64,000 nt of DNA. It comes from an uncultured virus (IMG/VR IMGVR_UViG_3300020048_000025). Taxonomy: Duplodnaviria; Heunggongvirae; Uroviricota; Caudoviricetes. This document shows positions 1 through 10,200 of this stretch, piece after piece. Position 1 is the stretch's first letter. Every line of letters begins with the position of its first letter. A program made the position numbers and the translations under genes. The DNA is taken from IMG/VR virus record IMGVR_UViG_3300020048_000025; one strand, written 5' to 3'. The notes below the pieces were generated by a model, which worked only from the letters and a program-made list of their open reading frames with translations, searched no databases and was not told the origin of the DNA.

Positions 1-5
1 AATCA

Positions 6-620
6 ATGGAAATAGCCAAGTCATCCACATCTGAGTCAATGGCGCGTGTTACAACATCGTTATCTCAATCAATCGATGGATTCACATTAACCATGGCTAG
101 CCAATCCATAGCATTGGAAACCGTGAGAGATTTAGCGTTATCCAACACGAAATCAACCAATATACACGTAAACAAAGAGATTCCCATTGGCTCTATCAAC
201 GGAACAAATTCAACGTTTACTTTGCGCAATATTCCCGTAAACGGAAGCGAGCACATATATTTGAATGGTTTGTTGATTGAGGAAGGATCCCAAACCGACT
301 ACACCATTTCCGGTTCAACCATCACATTTAGTGAGCCATTGTGGGAAGGAGCAAAACTCCATTGCACATACTACTATGCAACCGAAACCACAGTACGCCT
401 ATTCGCAGACAAAGAACAACCATATGGCTCCATCAATAGCACAAACACCACATTCCAGTTAGCACACGAACCAGTACTAGGTAGCGAGCACATATATTTA
501 AATGGTTTGCTACAAGAGGGCAGTGGAAACGACTATACAATCACTGGAAACACAATAGTATTTGAAATGGCGCCGCAAACCGATACCAGATTGCGCTGTA
601 CTTACTACTACGAAGTGTAA
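6..620 (+). CDS. Virion structural protein with two tandem beta-sandwich-like domains (may be 5'-truncated by the window edge)
   Basis: Two copies of P.GSIN.TN.TF.L...PV.GSEHIYLNGLL.E....DYTI.G.TI.F; a related domain ends the 995-4510 protein. Confidence 0.6.
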   Translation: MEIAKSSTSESMARVTTSLSQSIDGFTLTMASQSIALETVRDLALSNTKSTNIHVNKEIPIGSINGTNSTFTLRNIPVNGSEHIYLNGLLIEEGSQTDYTISGSTITFSEPLWEGAKLHCTYYYATETTVRLFADKEQPYGSINSTNTTFQLAHEPVLGSEHIYLNGLLQEGSGNDYTITGNTIVFEMAPQTDTRLRCTYYYEV

Positions 621-700
621 TTAATAGAAATATACACAATGTTTCAAATCTCCTATTTTTTCCCCGGAGTGCGTTATATGTATAATTAAAATACCTTTAG

Positions 701-934
701 ATGAACTTGGAAAATTTATACACAACCTCAGATTTATATTTAACAGCCTACCTTAAAATTAAGGGGCACCGTTTCACAGTGGAAAAATCTGCAAAGAAAT
801 CCACATTCATGTTTAACCAAACGCCCGATTTACTATCACATGTAGATGAATATTTAACGGAAACGGGTTCGTGCGAACCTTTAGCATTTACCAATGCTAT
901 AAAGAACTTGAAGAACTTGCTATTCAATAGGTAG
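701..934 (+). CDS. Small phage protein (resembles DUF5659-type YTTSDLYLTAYL proteins)
   Basis: 77-aa ORF preceded by the ATATGTATA motif at 676; family resemblance recalled, not searched. Confidence 0.5.
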   Translation: MNLENLYTTSDLYLTAYLKIKGHRFTVEKSAKKSTFMFNQTPDLLSHVDEYLTETGSCEPLAFTNAIKNLKNLLFNR

Positions 935-994
935 TAATTTCTCGAATAGTTCAACTAGTTAACTATTTAATTAATTTCTTTAAATCTACAAAGA

Positions 995-3900
995 ATGAGT
1001 AAAATTACTAAAATTGTATTGGACAAACAGTCCGACTTGATCTTAACTAACGCTACGTTGACAACACCACAAGGTCTTGTTAAAAGTGACGTTTCAGGGT
1101 TAGTTACAGATTTAGCGAACTTAGTGACTGCTGACTCAACTGAAGCTGCTGCCCGCATTGCTGGTGATACTGCTTTATCTGAGTCTTTAGCTGCTGAGGT
1201 TGCTGCCCGCATTGCTGACGTTAATACGGAAGAGTCAAGAGCATTGGCTGCTGAAGCTACATTGTCTGCATCTATCGCTACTGAAATCGCAGCTAGAATT
1301 GCTGACGTTGACGCTGAGGAAACTCGCGCATTGGCTGCTGAAGCTGCATTGAGCGCTTCATTGGCTGCTGAAACTGCTAACCGTATCACAGATGTTAACG
1401 CTGAGGAAACTCGTGCATTAGCTGCTGAAGCTACATTGTCTGCATCTGTTGCAACAGAGGTTGCTGCACGTGAATTAGCTGTATCTAACGAAGTTACTGC
1501 ACGTATCTCAGGTGATACTGCATTGTCTGCTTCTTTAGCTGCTGAAATAACTGCACGTTTAGCTGCTGACGCTGCTGAAGTTGCTGATCGTATTGCTGGT
1601 GATACTACATTGCAAGCAAACATCAACGCTGAAGCAACAACACGTACTAATTCAGACATCGCTTTACAAGCAAACATCAACACTGAAGTAACACGTTCAC
1701 AAGCTGCTGAAGCTGCAATCGCTGCTGACTTAGCTACAGAAATTGCTAACCGTATCTCAGATGTAAACGCTGAAGAAACAAGAGCATTAGCTGCTGAAGC
1801 AATTTTGTCTAGCTCTATTTCAACTGAAGCAACTAGAGCAATCGCTGCTGAATTAGTATTGCAAGGTAACATCAACACTGAAACAGCTCGTATCAACGCA
1901 ATCTTGTCTGCATCAAACGCTGACTACGATCAATTCGTAGAAATCGTTAATTTGATCAACTCTGTTGACACTGCAAACGACGAGGCATTTGCTGGATATG
2001 TAACTTCAAACAACGCTTTCAATGCTGCTTTATCTGCATCATTAAATGCTGAGGTTGCTGCTCGTATCGCTGACGTTGACGCTGAAGAAGCAAGAGCATT
2101 AGCTGCTGAAGCTGCTATCTCTGGATCTTTAGTAAACGAAATCGCTCGTGCTACATCATTTGATGCTTCTATCTCTGCATCATTAGAGACTGAAACTGCA
2201 AACAGAATTTCAGGTGACAACACGTTACAAGCAAACATCAACACTGAAGTAACTCGTTCATTAGCTGCTGAGCAAACATTGCAAGCAAATATTGACACTG
2301 AGGTATCTCGTTCACAAGCTGCTGACAACGCATTTACAGCTGATTTATCAACTGAAATCGCTGCTCGTATCGCTGACGTAAATGCTGAAGAAACAAGAGC
2401 AATGGCTGTTGAAGCTGCTATCTCTGCATCATTGGTTGCTGAAATCGCTGCAAGAATTGCTGACGTTGATGCTGAAGAAGCAAGAGCGTTAGCTGCTGAA
2501 GCTGCATTGAGCGCATCTGTTGCTACAGAAATCGCTGCTCGTATCGCTGACGTTGACGCTGAAGAAACAAGAGCACTTGCTGCTGAAGCAGTATTGTCTG
2601 CATCTATCGCTACTGAAGCTGCAGCTCGTATTGCTGACGTTGATGCTGAAGAAGCAAGAGCATTAGCTGCTGAAGCTGAATTAGCTGCTGATATAGCTGC
2701 TGAAGAAGCTGCACGTATCGCTGGTGATGCTGCATTAAGCGCATCTTTAGCTACTGAAATTACAACTCGTACTGCAAACAGTGCTTCATTGGCTGCTGGT
2801 TTAGCAACTGAAATCACTACTAGAACTGCAAACAGTGCATCTTTAGCTGCCGCTATCGTTACTGAAGCAAACGCAAGAATCGCTGCTGACACTGCAAACA
2901 GTGCATCTGCTGCAACTGCATTAGCTGCTGAAGCTACAGCACGTATCGCTGGTGACGCTGCTATATCTGCATCATTAGTTGCTGAAATCGCTGCATTACC
3001 ACAAGTTGATGGTGTTACTATCCAGTTGACTGGAAGTACAGTTAGATTGATGGACACAGTTGGATCTGGTTCAAACGGTGTTAGAACATTCAACGGATTA
3101 ATCAACGTTGGTGCTCAACCATCTGCATTAGCTGGTTACGGTGATTTATCATTAATCACTAAGAAAATTGCATTGGATGCTGACGCTGCATTGTCTTCAT
3201 CTTTAGCTGCTAGATTAGCAACTGAAGAAGCTGCTCGCGCTGCTGCTGATACTGCAAACTCTGCATCATTCGCTGCTGGTTTAGCAACTGAAATCACTAC
3301 TCGTACTGCAAACAGTGCATCTTTAGCTGCTGCTATCGTTACTGAAGCTGCTGCTCGTACTGCTGCTGATACAGCATTGTCTGCATCTGCTGCTACAGCA
3401 TTAGACGCTGAAGCTGCTGCTCGTGCTGCTGCTGATACTGCAAACAGTGCATCTGCTGCATCTGCAATCGCAACAGAAAAAGGACGTATCGACGCTATCT
3501 TATCTGCTTCTACTGCTGATGTTGATACATTTGCTGAAGTTGTTGCATTGATCAATTCAGTTGACACAACAAACGATACTGCATTTGCTGGGTATGTATT
3601 ATCTAACGACGCTGCATTAGCTGCTGAAGTTGCTGCTCGCGCTGCTGCTGATACTGCAATTTCATCTTCATTAGCTGGTGAAATCGCTAGAGCTACTGCT
3701 GCTGAAGCTGCAAACAGTGCATCATTTGCTACTGATTTAACTGCTGAAGCTGCTGCAAGAGTTGCTGCTGACGCTGCTGCATCTGCATCATTCGCTGCTG
3801 AAATGACTACTGAAATCGCTGCAAGAATTGCTGGCGACGCTGCTACATCTGCATCATTAGCTACTGCTGTAAACAACATCAACCAAGTAGCATTTGACGC

Positions 3901-4510
3901 ATCTGCATCATTAGCTGCATCTATCACTACAGAGGTTGCTGCAAGAATCGCTGACGTAGACGCTGAAGAAGCAAGAGCAATGGGTGTTGAAGCTACATTG
4001 TCTGCATCTATCGCTACTGAAATCGCTGCTCGTATCGCTGATGTAAATGCTGAAGAAGCAAGAGCAATGGGTGTTGAAGCTACATTATCTGCTTCATTAG
4101 CTGCTGAAACAGCTGCTAGAATTGCTGCTGACGCTACATTAACTCAAGACGTTGCTGATATATTAGCTAACACTGATATTACTGCTATTGATTCATTCAA
4201 AGAAGTAATCAACAACATCAACACAGTTAACGCTGCAAACTTCGACGCGGTATACGCTAAGAAAAACACTGTTACTGCTGCACCTAACGGTACTATCACT
4301 GCATTTACATTCACAAACGCTGTTAAAGCTGGATCTGAGCAAGTTTACTTGAACGGTCAGTTACTTGACATCGACGGTGACTACACAGTAAATTCAAGCG
4401 GAAGTGCTGTAACAGGAATAACTTTCGGAGTTGCTCCAGCTACTGCAGATAAACTTACATTCTACGGTGTATACGGTACATTAACTACTGTATCTAACGC
4501 TGGTTTATAA
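995..4510 (+). CDS. Long Ala/Glu-rich coiled-coil fibre or whisker protein
   Basis: Repeats such as EIAARIADVDAEEARALAAEATLSASIAT (29 aa); three D.F.E(I/V) knob-like interruptions; C-terminal GSEQVYLNG domain; strong GCT/GAA codon bias. Confidence 0.7.
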   Translation: MSKITKIVLDKQSDLILTNATLTTPQGLVKSDVSGLVTDLANLVTADSTEAAARIAGDTALSESLAAEVAARIADVNTEESRALAAEATLSASIATEIAARIADVDAEETRALAAEAALSASLAAETANRITDVNAEETRALAAEATLSASVATEVAARELAVSNEVTARISGDTALSASLAAEITARLAADAAEVADRIAGDTTLQANINAEATTRTNSDIALQANINTEVTRSQAAEAAIAADLATEIANRISDVNAEETRALAAEAILSSSISTEATRAIAAELVLQGNINTETARINAILSASNADYDQFVEIVNLINSVDTANDEAFAGYVTSNNAFNAALSASLNAEVAARIADVDAEEARALAAEAAISGSLVNEIARATSFDASISASLETETANRISGDNTLQANINTEVTRSLAAEQTLQANIDTEVSRSQAADNAFTADLSTEIAARIADVNAEETRAMAVEAAISASLVAEIAARIADVDAEEARALAAEAALSASVATEIAARIADVDAEETRALAAEAVLSASIATEAAARIADVDAEEARALAAEAELAADIAAEEAARIAGDAALSASLATEITTRTANSASLAAGLATEITTRTANSASLAAAIVTEANARIAADTANSASAATALAAEATARIAGDAAISASLVAEIAALPQVDGVTIQLTGSTVRLMDTVGSGSNGVRTFNGLINVGAQPSALAGYGDLSLITKKIALDADAALSSSLAARLATEEAARAAADTANSASFAAGLATEITTRTANSASLAAAIVTEAAARTAADTALSASAATALDAEAAARAAADTANSASAASAIATEKGRIDAILSASTADVDTFAEVVALINSVDTTNDTAFAGYVLSNDAALAAEVAARAAADTAISSSLAGEIARATAAEAANSASFATDLTAEAAARVAADAAASASFAAEMTTEIAARIAGDAATSASLATAVNNINQVAFDASASLAASITTEVAARIADVDAEEARAMGVEATLSASIATEIAARIADVNAEEARAMGVEATLSASLAAETAARIAADATLTQDVADILANTDITAIDSFKEVINNINTVNAANFDAVYAKKNTVTAAPNGTITAFTFTNAVKAGSEQVYLNGQLLDIDGDYTVNSSGSAVTGITFGVAPATADKLTFYGVYGTLTTVSNAGL

Positions 4511-4529
4511 TTAGCATATAGAATATAGG

Positions 4530-4556
4530 AAGGGGCGCTTTTGCGCCCCTTTTTTT
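4530..4556 (+). terminator. Rho-independent terminator between convergent genes
   Basis: AAGGGGCGC-TTTT-GCGCCCCTT followed by a T run. Confidence 0.85.
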
Positions 4557-4562
4557 GTTTTG

Positions 4563-5141
4563 CTATATGAATGAACCACCATGGTTCTCAATGAAATTTC
4601 GTATGTACAGCATCTTATCGGCCTCTGTGGTCGCGTGATACCACAACCAAACATACGATCGCTCAATGCTAGCTAATTCATCCTTTTTCTTCTGCACTCG
4701 CATTTCAATTATTGGCTTATCCATTGCATCAATTGTATGCGCTATATTCAATTTAGTGCATATGCTATACAATTCAAACAAATCGTATGTCTCCATCGCA
4801 ATAGTGGCAGCAACATACAAATCGTTATGTTCATCGGTTTTGGCTCTATCCGGGTGTGTTAACTTAACTATATCGCGGTACAATTTCTTCACCTTGTTGC
4901 GCACTGATTCATCTATTGTGTTCGGATCTATTCGCTTCTTGCTTTTACCCTCTTGCTCTAGCACAGGTGGTGTTGGTGGAGGAGGAGACATATTTAGCGT
5001 AGCCATAAACTCATGCACCTGCTCAAGAAAAGGTGCTTTTCCCTCAGCAATCAATTCCTGCTTGTATTCATCATCCAGTAGCAAATAGCTGTATTCTTGC
5101 AGTAGTTTTTGTATCTCCAGTTGTTTTAATTTATCGTTCAT
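4563..5141 (-). CDS. J-domain (DnaJ-like) protein
   Basis: VKKLYRDIVKLTHPDR with the HPD motif; the only credible minus-strand gene in the window. Confidence 0.75.
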   Translation of the reverse strand: MNDKLKQLEIQKLLQEYSYLLLDDEYKQELIAEGKAPFLEQVHEFMATLNMSPPPPTPPVLEQEGKSKKRIDPNTIDESVRNKVKKLYRDIVKLTHPDRAKTDEHNDLYVAATIAMETYDLFELYSICTKLNIAHTIDAMDKPIIEMRVQKKKDELASIERSYVWLWYHATTEADKMLYIRNFIENHGGSFI

Positions 5142-5218
5142 GAAATATAGTTTTGTCGATACATATTTTCCCGAAATGTTGTAATATGTATAATAGTAAT
5201 AACTTTAAACATTTAAAT

Positions 5219-6034
5219 ATGGCAATTTTATCTTATGGTCAGGTTGGGTGGCGTTCATCGTCAGTTACACCCTCAGTAGACGATGCACAAGCATTCATAT
5301 TGGCTGCGGGAATAACCAACCCAACACAACAATCAGCAATTACCACACTGGTATCTCAATTGAAAACCTACGGTATCTGGAGTAAAATGAAAGCAATTTA
5401 TCCATTTGTAGGTGGTAGTGCGTCATCGCATAAATTCAACCTGAAAGATCCACGTGATTTAGATGCCGCGTTTAGATTGGTATTCAATGGTGGATGGACA
5501 CATAGCTCAACTGGTGCTAAACCAAATGGTTCAACAGGGTGGGCAACTACATACTTTAACCCAGTTACTCAATTATCAAGCCAATCAAGTAACCATATAT
5601 CCACTTACCTGCGTACAAATATAGATGAAGTGGCTGTTGATATGGGTTCATTCGTTAACCCAGGTGTCGGTATTGATATTGAATCAAGAATAGGTAATGT
5701 ATCCTATAACTTCAACGGTGTTCAAGCAACAAACATTTCATTTTCAAATACTGATTCAAGAGGATTTCATGTTAATACGAGACAATCATCAACATTGCAT
5801 AAGGTTTTCATTAGTGGTACTTTAAAAGGTAGTAATACATCAACATTTCAATTATTACCAAACACAAATATTGCACTTGCAACTCGCTTCAATGTGTCGA
5901 ACGGTGCACCAGAGTCATATTCATCAAAAGAATCAGCATTCGCATCAATCGGAGATGGTTTAACAGACACTGAAGCAGCTAACTTCTACACAGCAGTACA
6001 AGCATACCAAACCACTCTTGGCAGACAAGTATAA
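5219..6034 (+). CDS. Variable virion-associated beta-sandwich/lectin-like protein, cassette copy 1
   Basis: ATG at 5219 follows the late motif; N- and C-terminal parts near-identical to the 38506 and 42969 ORFs, middle divergent. Confidence 0.6.
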   Translation: MAILSYGQVGWRSSSVTPSVDDAQAFILAAGITNPTQQSAITTLVSQLKTYGIWSKMKAIYPFVGGSASSHKFNLKDPRDLDAAFRLVFNGGWTHSSTGAKPNGSTGWATTYFNPVTQLSSQSSNHISTYLRTNIDEVAVDMGSFVNPGVGIDIESRIGNVSYNFNGVQATNISFSNTDSRGFHVNTRQSSTLHKVFISGTLKGSNTSTFQLLPNTNIALATRFNVSNGAPESYSSKESAFASIGDGLTDTEAANFYTAVQAYQTTLGRQV

Positions 6035-6055
6035 TTAACTTAACAATATTACACA

Positions 6056-6271
6056 ATGAAAGTAAGACAATTGACAATCGAGCAAAAAGACACACTTGTT
6101 GGGCAAACATACGACGGGGTACAATTTTTCAACCCGACGTTGGACGCAAACGGTAACTGGTTCATCTCAAACGAGGAAGTAAACAACTGCACACACGCAG
6201 GTGTAAACGAATGGATCCATGACCTACCAGAGATCGACTACAACCCAGTTGTATCTGAATTACCATTCTAA
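6056..6271 (+). CDS. Conserved 71-aa cassette partner protein, copy 1
   Basis: Paralogues at 39327, 43790 and 51756 (FFNPTLDA.GNWFIS.EEV). Confidence 0.75.
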   Translation: MKVRQLTIEQKDTLVGQTYDGVQFFNPTLDANGNWFISNEEVNNCTHAGVNEWIHDLPEIDYNPVVSELPF

Positions 6272-6293
6272 TTCAACACAACACACAACTCAG

Positions 6294-6323
6294 ATAGCCA
6301 CCCTCACAGGTGGCTATTTTTTT
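6294..6323 (+). terminator. Rho-independent terminator
   Basis: ATAGCCACC-CTCACA-GGTGGCTAT plus a T run. Confidence 0.8.
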
Positions 6324-6351
6324 CTGCCACCCACTCATATTTATACACGAT

Positions 6352-7260
6352 ATGGCAAAAACAAGAAAACCCAGACCCAAACCGCAGAAGCAGATTGCAA
6401 ATGAGCTAATCGAACCATATGTTAACCCAGAGAACGGGCAAACATTAGGTAACCCAAACGAGCCAACCTCATTTGAACCAATCACACCCGATGAACAATC
6501 CGGAACGGGATTTAACCGCTCGGAAAAACTTTCATCTCGCGGCGATACACACAAACCGTTTACTGTTGGTATACAGGACATGGACGAGTCCATCATGTAC
6601 TACTTCAACGAAATCATTAAACCCACAGTACAGCAAAACGGGCAACGCATAGCGGTACCAGTAATATATGGTGCACCAGAGCGCTGGAAATCGGCACAAA
6701 AGGACGGGTACTACAAAGACAAAAATGGCCGCATCATGGCGCCTATCATCATGTTCAAGCGCGACAATATTGAAAAAAACCGTAGCTTGCCATACAAAGT
6801 TGACGCCAACCACCCACATTTGTATGTAACTTGGGCAACTGGATACAACGCAAAAAATGCATATTCAAACTTTGACGTACTGAACAACCGTGTTCCCGTT
6901 AAAACATATCAACTTATTGTTGTACCCGACTATGTTTACTTAACATATAGCTGTACAATACAGACATACTACGTTGACCAATTGAATAAAATAATCGAGG
7001 CCATCAACTACGCATCCGATTCATATTGGGGTGATCCAGAGCGCTTCAAATTCAAATCATCCATTGACTCATTCAGCACTACCACCGAATTAAACGATGG
7101 GCAGGATCGTATAGTGAAAGGCACATTTACACTTAAATTGTCGGGCTATATAGTTCCAGACAACATACAGAAAGAAATTGCCTCTATACGCAAAGTAAAC
7201 AGCAAAGCGCAATTCATAGTCACTACCGAAACATTCATTTCAAATAAACCGAATAGTTAG
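6352..7260 (+). CDS. Tail completion/terminator protein (T4 gp15-like)
   Basis: IAVPVIYGAPERW...DKNGRIMAPII and VPDYV.LTY...QLNKIIE motifs; position in the tail module; start moved to ATG 6352. Confidence 0.6.
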   Translation: MAKTRKPRPKPQKQIANELIEPYVNPENGQTLGNPNEPTSFEPITPDEQSGTGFNRSEKLSSRGDTHKPFTVGIQDMDESIMYYFNEIIKPTVQQNGQRIAVPVIYGAPERWKSAQKDGYYKDKNGRIMAPIIMFKRDNIEKNRSLPYKVDANHPHLYVTWATGYNAKNAYSNFDVLNNRVPVKTYQLIVVPDYVYLTYSCTIQTYYVDQLNKIIEAINYASDSYWGDPERFKFKSSIDSFSTTTELNDGQDRIVKGTFTLKLSGYIVPDNIQKEIASIRKVNSKAQFIVTTETFISNKPNS

Positions 7261-7294
7261 TATATATTAACATATTTATAATCAAAAATATCAG

Positions 7295-10200
7295 ATGGCA
7301 AAAATACTATCGAACAATGGCATAGTTCTTAACCAAATCATATACCCTCAACAAGTATCCCAATCCATAGATGCATTCACTGGTGCAGAAGCATATGATA
7401 TAACCGTATCCGGTTCATTTACCGTAACCGGTTCCACATTAATTGATGGTAATGTAACTGTAGATGGTGCTATTACCATGGAAGGAAATGTAGTTGCACC
7501 TAACTTAACCAGTACAGCACAATCCGATGTAGTTACATATAATCCAATCAATGGACAATTCTACTACACATCATCAAACGCTATATCTCCAGCTACCGCA
7601 TCAAACGCTGTAAGCGCATCATATGCTGCTACTGCCTCGTATGTAGCAAATGCACAAACAGCCTCGTATGTTGCTACCGCATCTTGGGCATTCAATGCTG
7701 TAACCGCATCGTATGTACAAAATGCACAAACTGCATCATATGTCACGTTAGCGCAAACCGCTTCGTATGTACTGAACGCTGTATCTGCTTCGTATGCCAC
7801 CACAGCAAGCTATGTTGCAAATGCACAAACCGCTTCGTATGTTACACTAGCGCAAACCGCATCATACGTTAATCAAGCTGTATCCGCTTCATACACAACA
7901 ACCGCTTCGTATGCTGTGAGTTCATCGGCCGCTGACAGCGCTATATCTGCGAGTTACTCAACGACAGCATCATTTGCACAGAACGCCACATCCGCATCAT
8001 ACGCTGTAAGCGCTTCGTACGCTAATTCAAGCAACACAGCATCGTATGTTACTACGGCACAAACCGCTAGTTATGTTACACTAGCGCAAACCGCTAGTTA
8101 TGTTGCCACTGCTTCATACTCAAACAATTCAACCACTGCATCCTATGCATTAACCGCATCGTATTTAACTGGATATGTTTCACCATTTCCATTCACCGGT
8201 TCGGCATTAATCACTGGCTCGCTTGGTGTAACTGGTAGCGCAAACATAAGCGGCGATTTAGTTGTAAACGGTACCGCATCATTCAATGTATTCCATACAA
8301 TATATAATTCGTCATCAATCATTTACGCATCCGGTTCAACCAAATTCGGAGACACATCAGACGATACACACCAATTCACAGGTAGCTTGTACGTTAGTGG
8401 AAGTGTGACCGCAGATACATTTACCGGAACCGCATCATATGCTACCCAGGCCGCTACAGCATCATTCGTTACGTTAGCTCAAACGGCATCGTATGTCACA
8501 TTAGCACAAACCTCGTCATACGTTAACCAGGCTGTATCTGCATCATATTCAACTACCTCATCGTTCGTTGCAAATGCGCAAACGGCATCATATGTCACAC
8601 TAGCGCAAACTGCATCGTATGTTAACCAAGCTGCATCCGCTTCATTTGCATCCACAGCTAGTTATGTTGTAAACGCTCAAACCGCTTCGTACGTTACGTT
8701 AGCGCAAACAGCAAGTTATGTTGCGAATGCACAGACAGCTTCGTATGTTGCTCAAGCGGTATCCGCTTCATATGCAACTACTTCTTCGTTTGCAACACAA
8801 TCAACAACTGCATCATATATTACATTAGCGCAAACCGCTTCATATGTTGCTACGGCGTCATATTCAAACAATTCACTATCGTCATCATACGCATTAACTG
8901 CATCGCATGTAACGGGAATTGTTGCCGCGTTCCCATACACAGGTTCGGCACAAATCACCGGTTCATTGGGTGTAACCGGTAGCGTAGACATATACAAATC
9001 TGGTTCAACTGTGTTGTCCGTCAATGGATCAACTGGAACATTAATTACCGTAACCGACACAAATTCCGGTGCGCTATTAACAGTGGCAACTGGATCCACA
9101 AATATATTGGTGGTAGATTCATCGCTAGTTACCACAATCACCGGTAGCTTAAACGTGCAAAACGGAGTTACCGCATCACTATTCGGTACTGCATCGTGGG
9201 CATTAAATTCCACCACTGCATCATTCGTTACCACTGCACAAACCGCTTCGTATGTACTGAACGCTGTATCTTCATCATTCGCTACTACATCCAGCTACGC
9301 ACAAAACGCAGTAACGGCATCGTTCGTTACACTAGCACAAACTGCTAGTTATGTCACGTTAGCACAAACCTCGTCATATGTTAATCAAGCAGTATCCTCT
9401 TCATACGCAACTACCGCTAGTTACGCAGCAAATGGTGGTGTGACTCAATTATTCGCGGGTCCAAACATTACTTTATCGCCTACCACCGGAGTTGGTCAAG
9501 TTACCATTTCATCAACTGGAGCGGGCACGTACTACAATACATCAACGGGTTCATATGGTAGCTTCTACGACACAACCACACAAACTAACCCGGTAGCAAA
9601 TGTACCACGTTCAATGTCGTTAAACACTACCGACATTACCAATGGTGTGTCTGTATCAGGTTCATCTAGCCCATTCAACACATACCTCAAAATAGCAAAC
9701 GCTGGTGTATACAACATCCAATTCTCGGCGCAGCTATACAAAACCGATTCCGGTACCGACTTCATAGACATATGGTTGAGACGAAATGGCGTGGATTTAA
9801 TGGATTCAGCAACCAACGTTGCATTAATTGGAAACCACGACAGACAAGTAGCAGCATGGAACTGGTTTGCTACCGCTGGTGCTGGCGACTACTACCAAAT
9901 CATGTGGGCATCCGCTGATACCGATGCACAATTATTAGCAGAACCTGCAACTGGAGTACATCCAGGTATACCATCAGTAATCGCAACAGTTAACCGAATA
10001 GACACATTCTTAAGCAATACAGGTTCATTTAGTGGTTCATTCACTGGTGTATTAAACGGTACAGCATCATACGCTACACAAGCAGCAACCGCATCATATG
10101 TACTAAACGCTGTATCCGCATCGTTTGCATCAACATCAAGTTATGTACTAAATGCAGTATCCTCATCGTTTGCATCAACTGCATCATACGTTAACCAACT

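Noticed and set aside
967..3927. Long minus-strand ORFs (309, 391 and 263 aa) opposite the Ala-rich gene
   Set aside because: Antisense shadows of a codon-biased repetitive gene; the same applies to the other minus-strand ORFs in the track except 4563-5141
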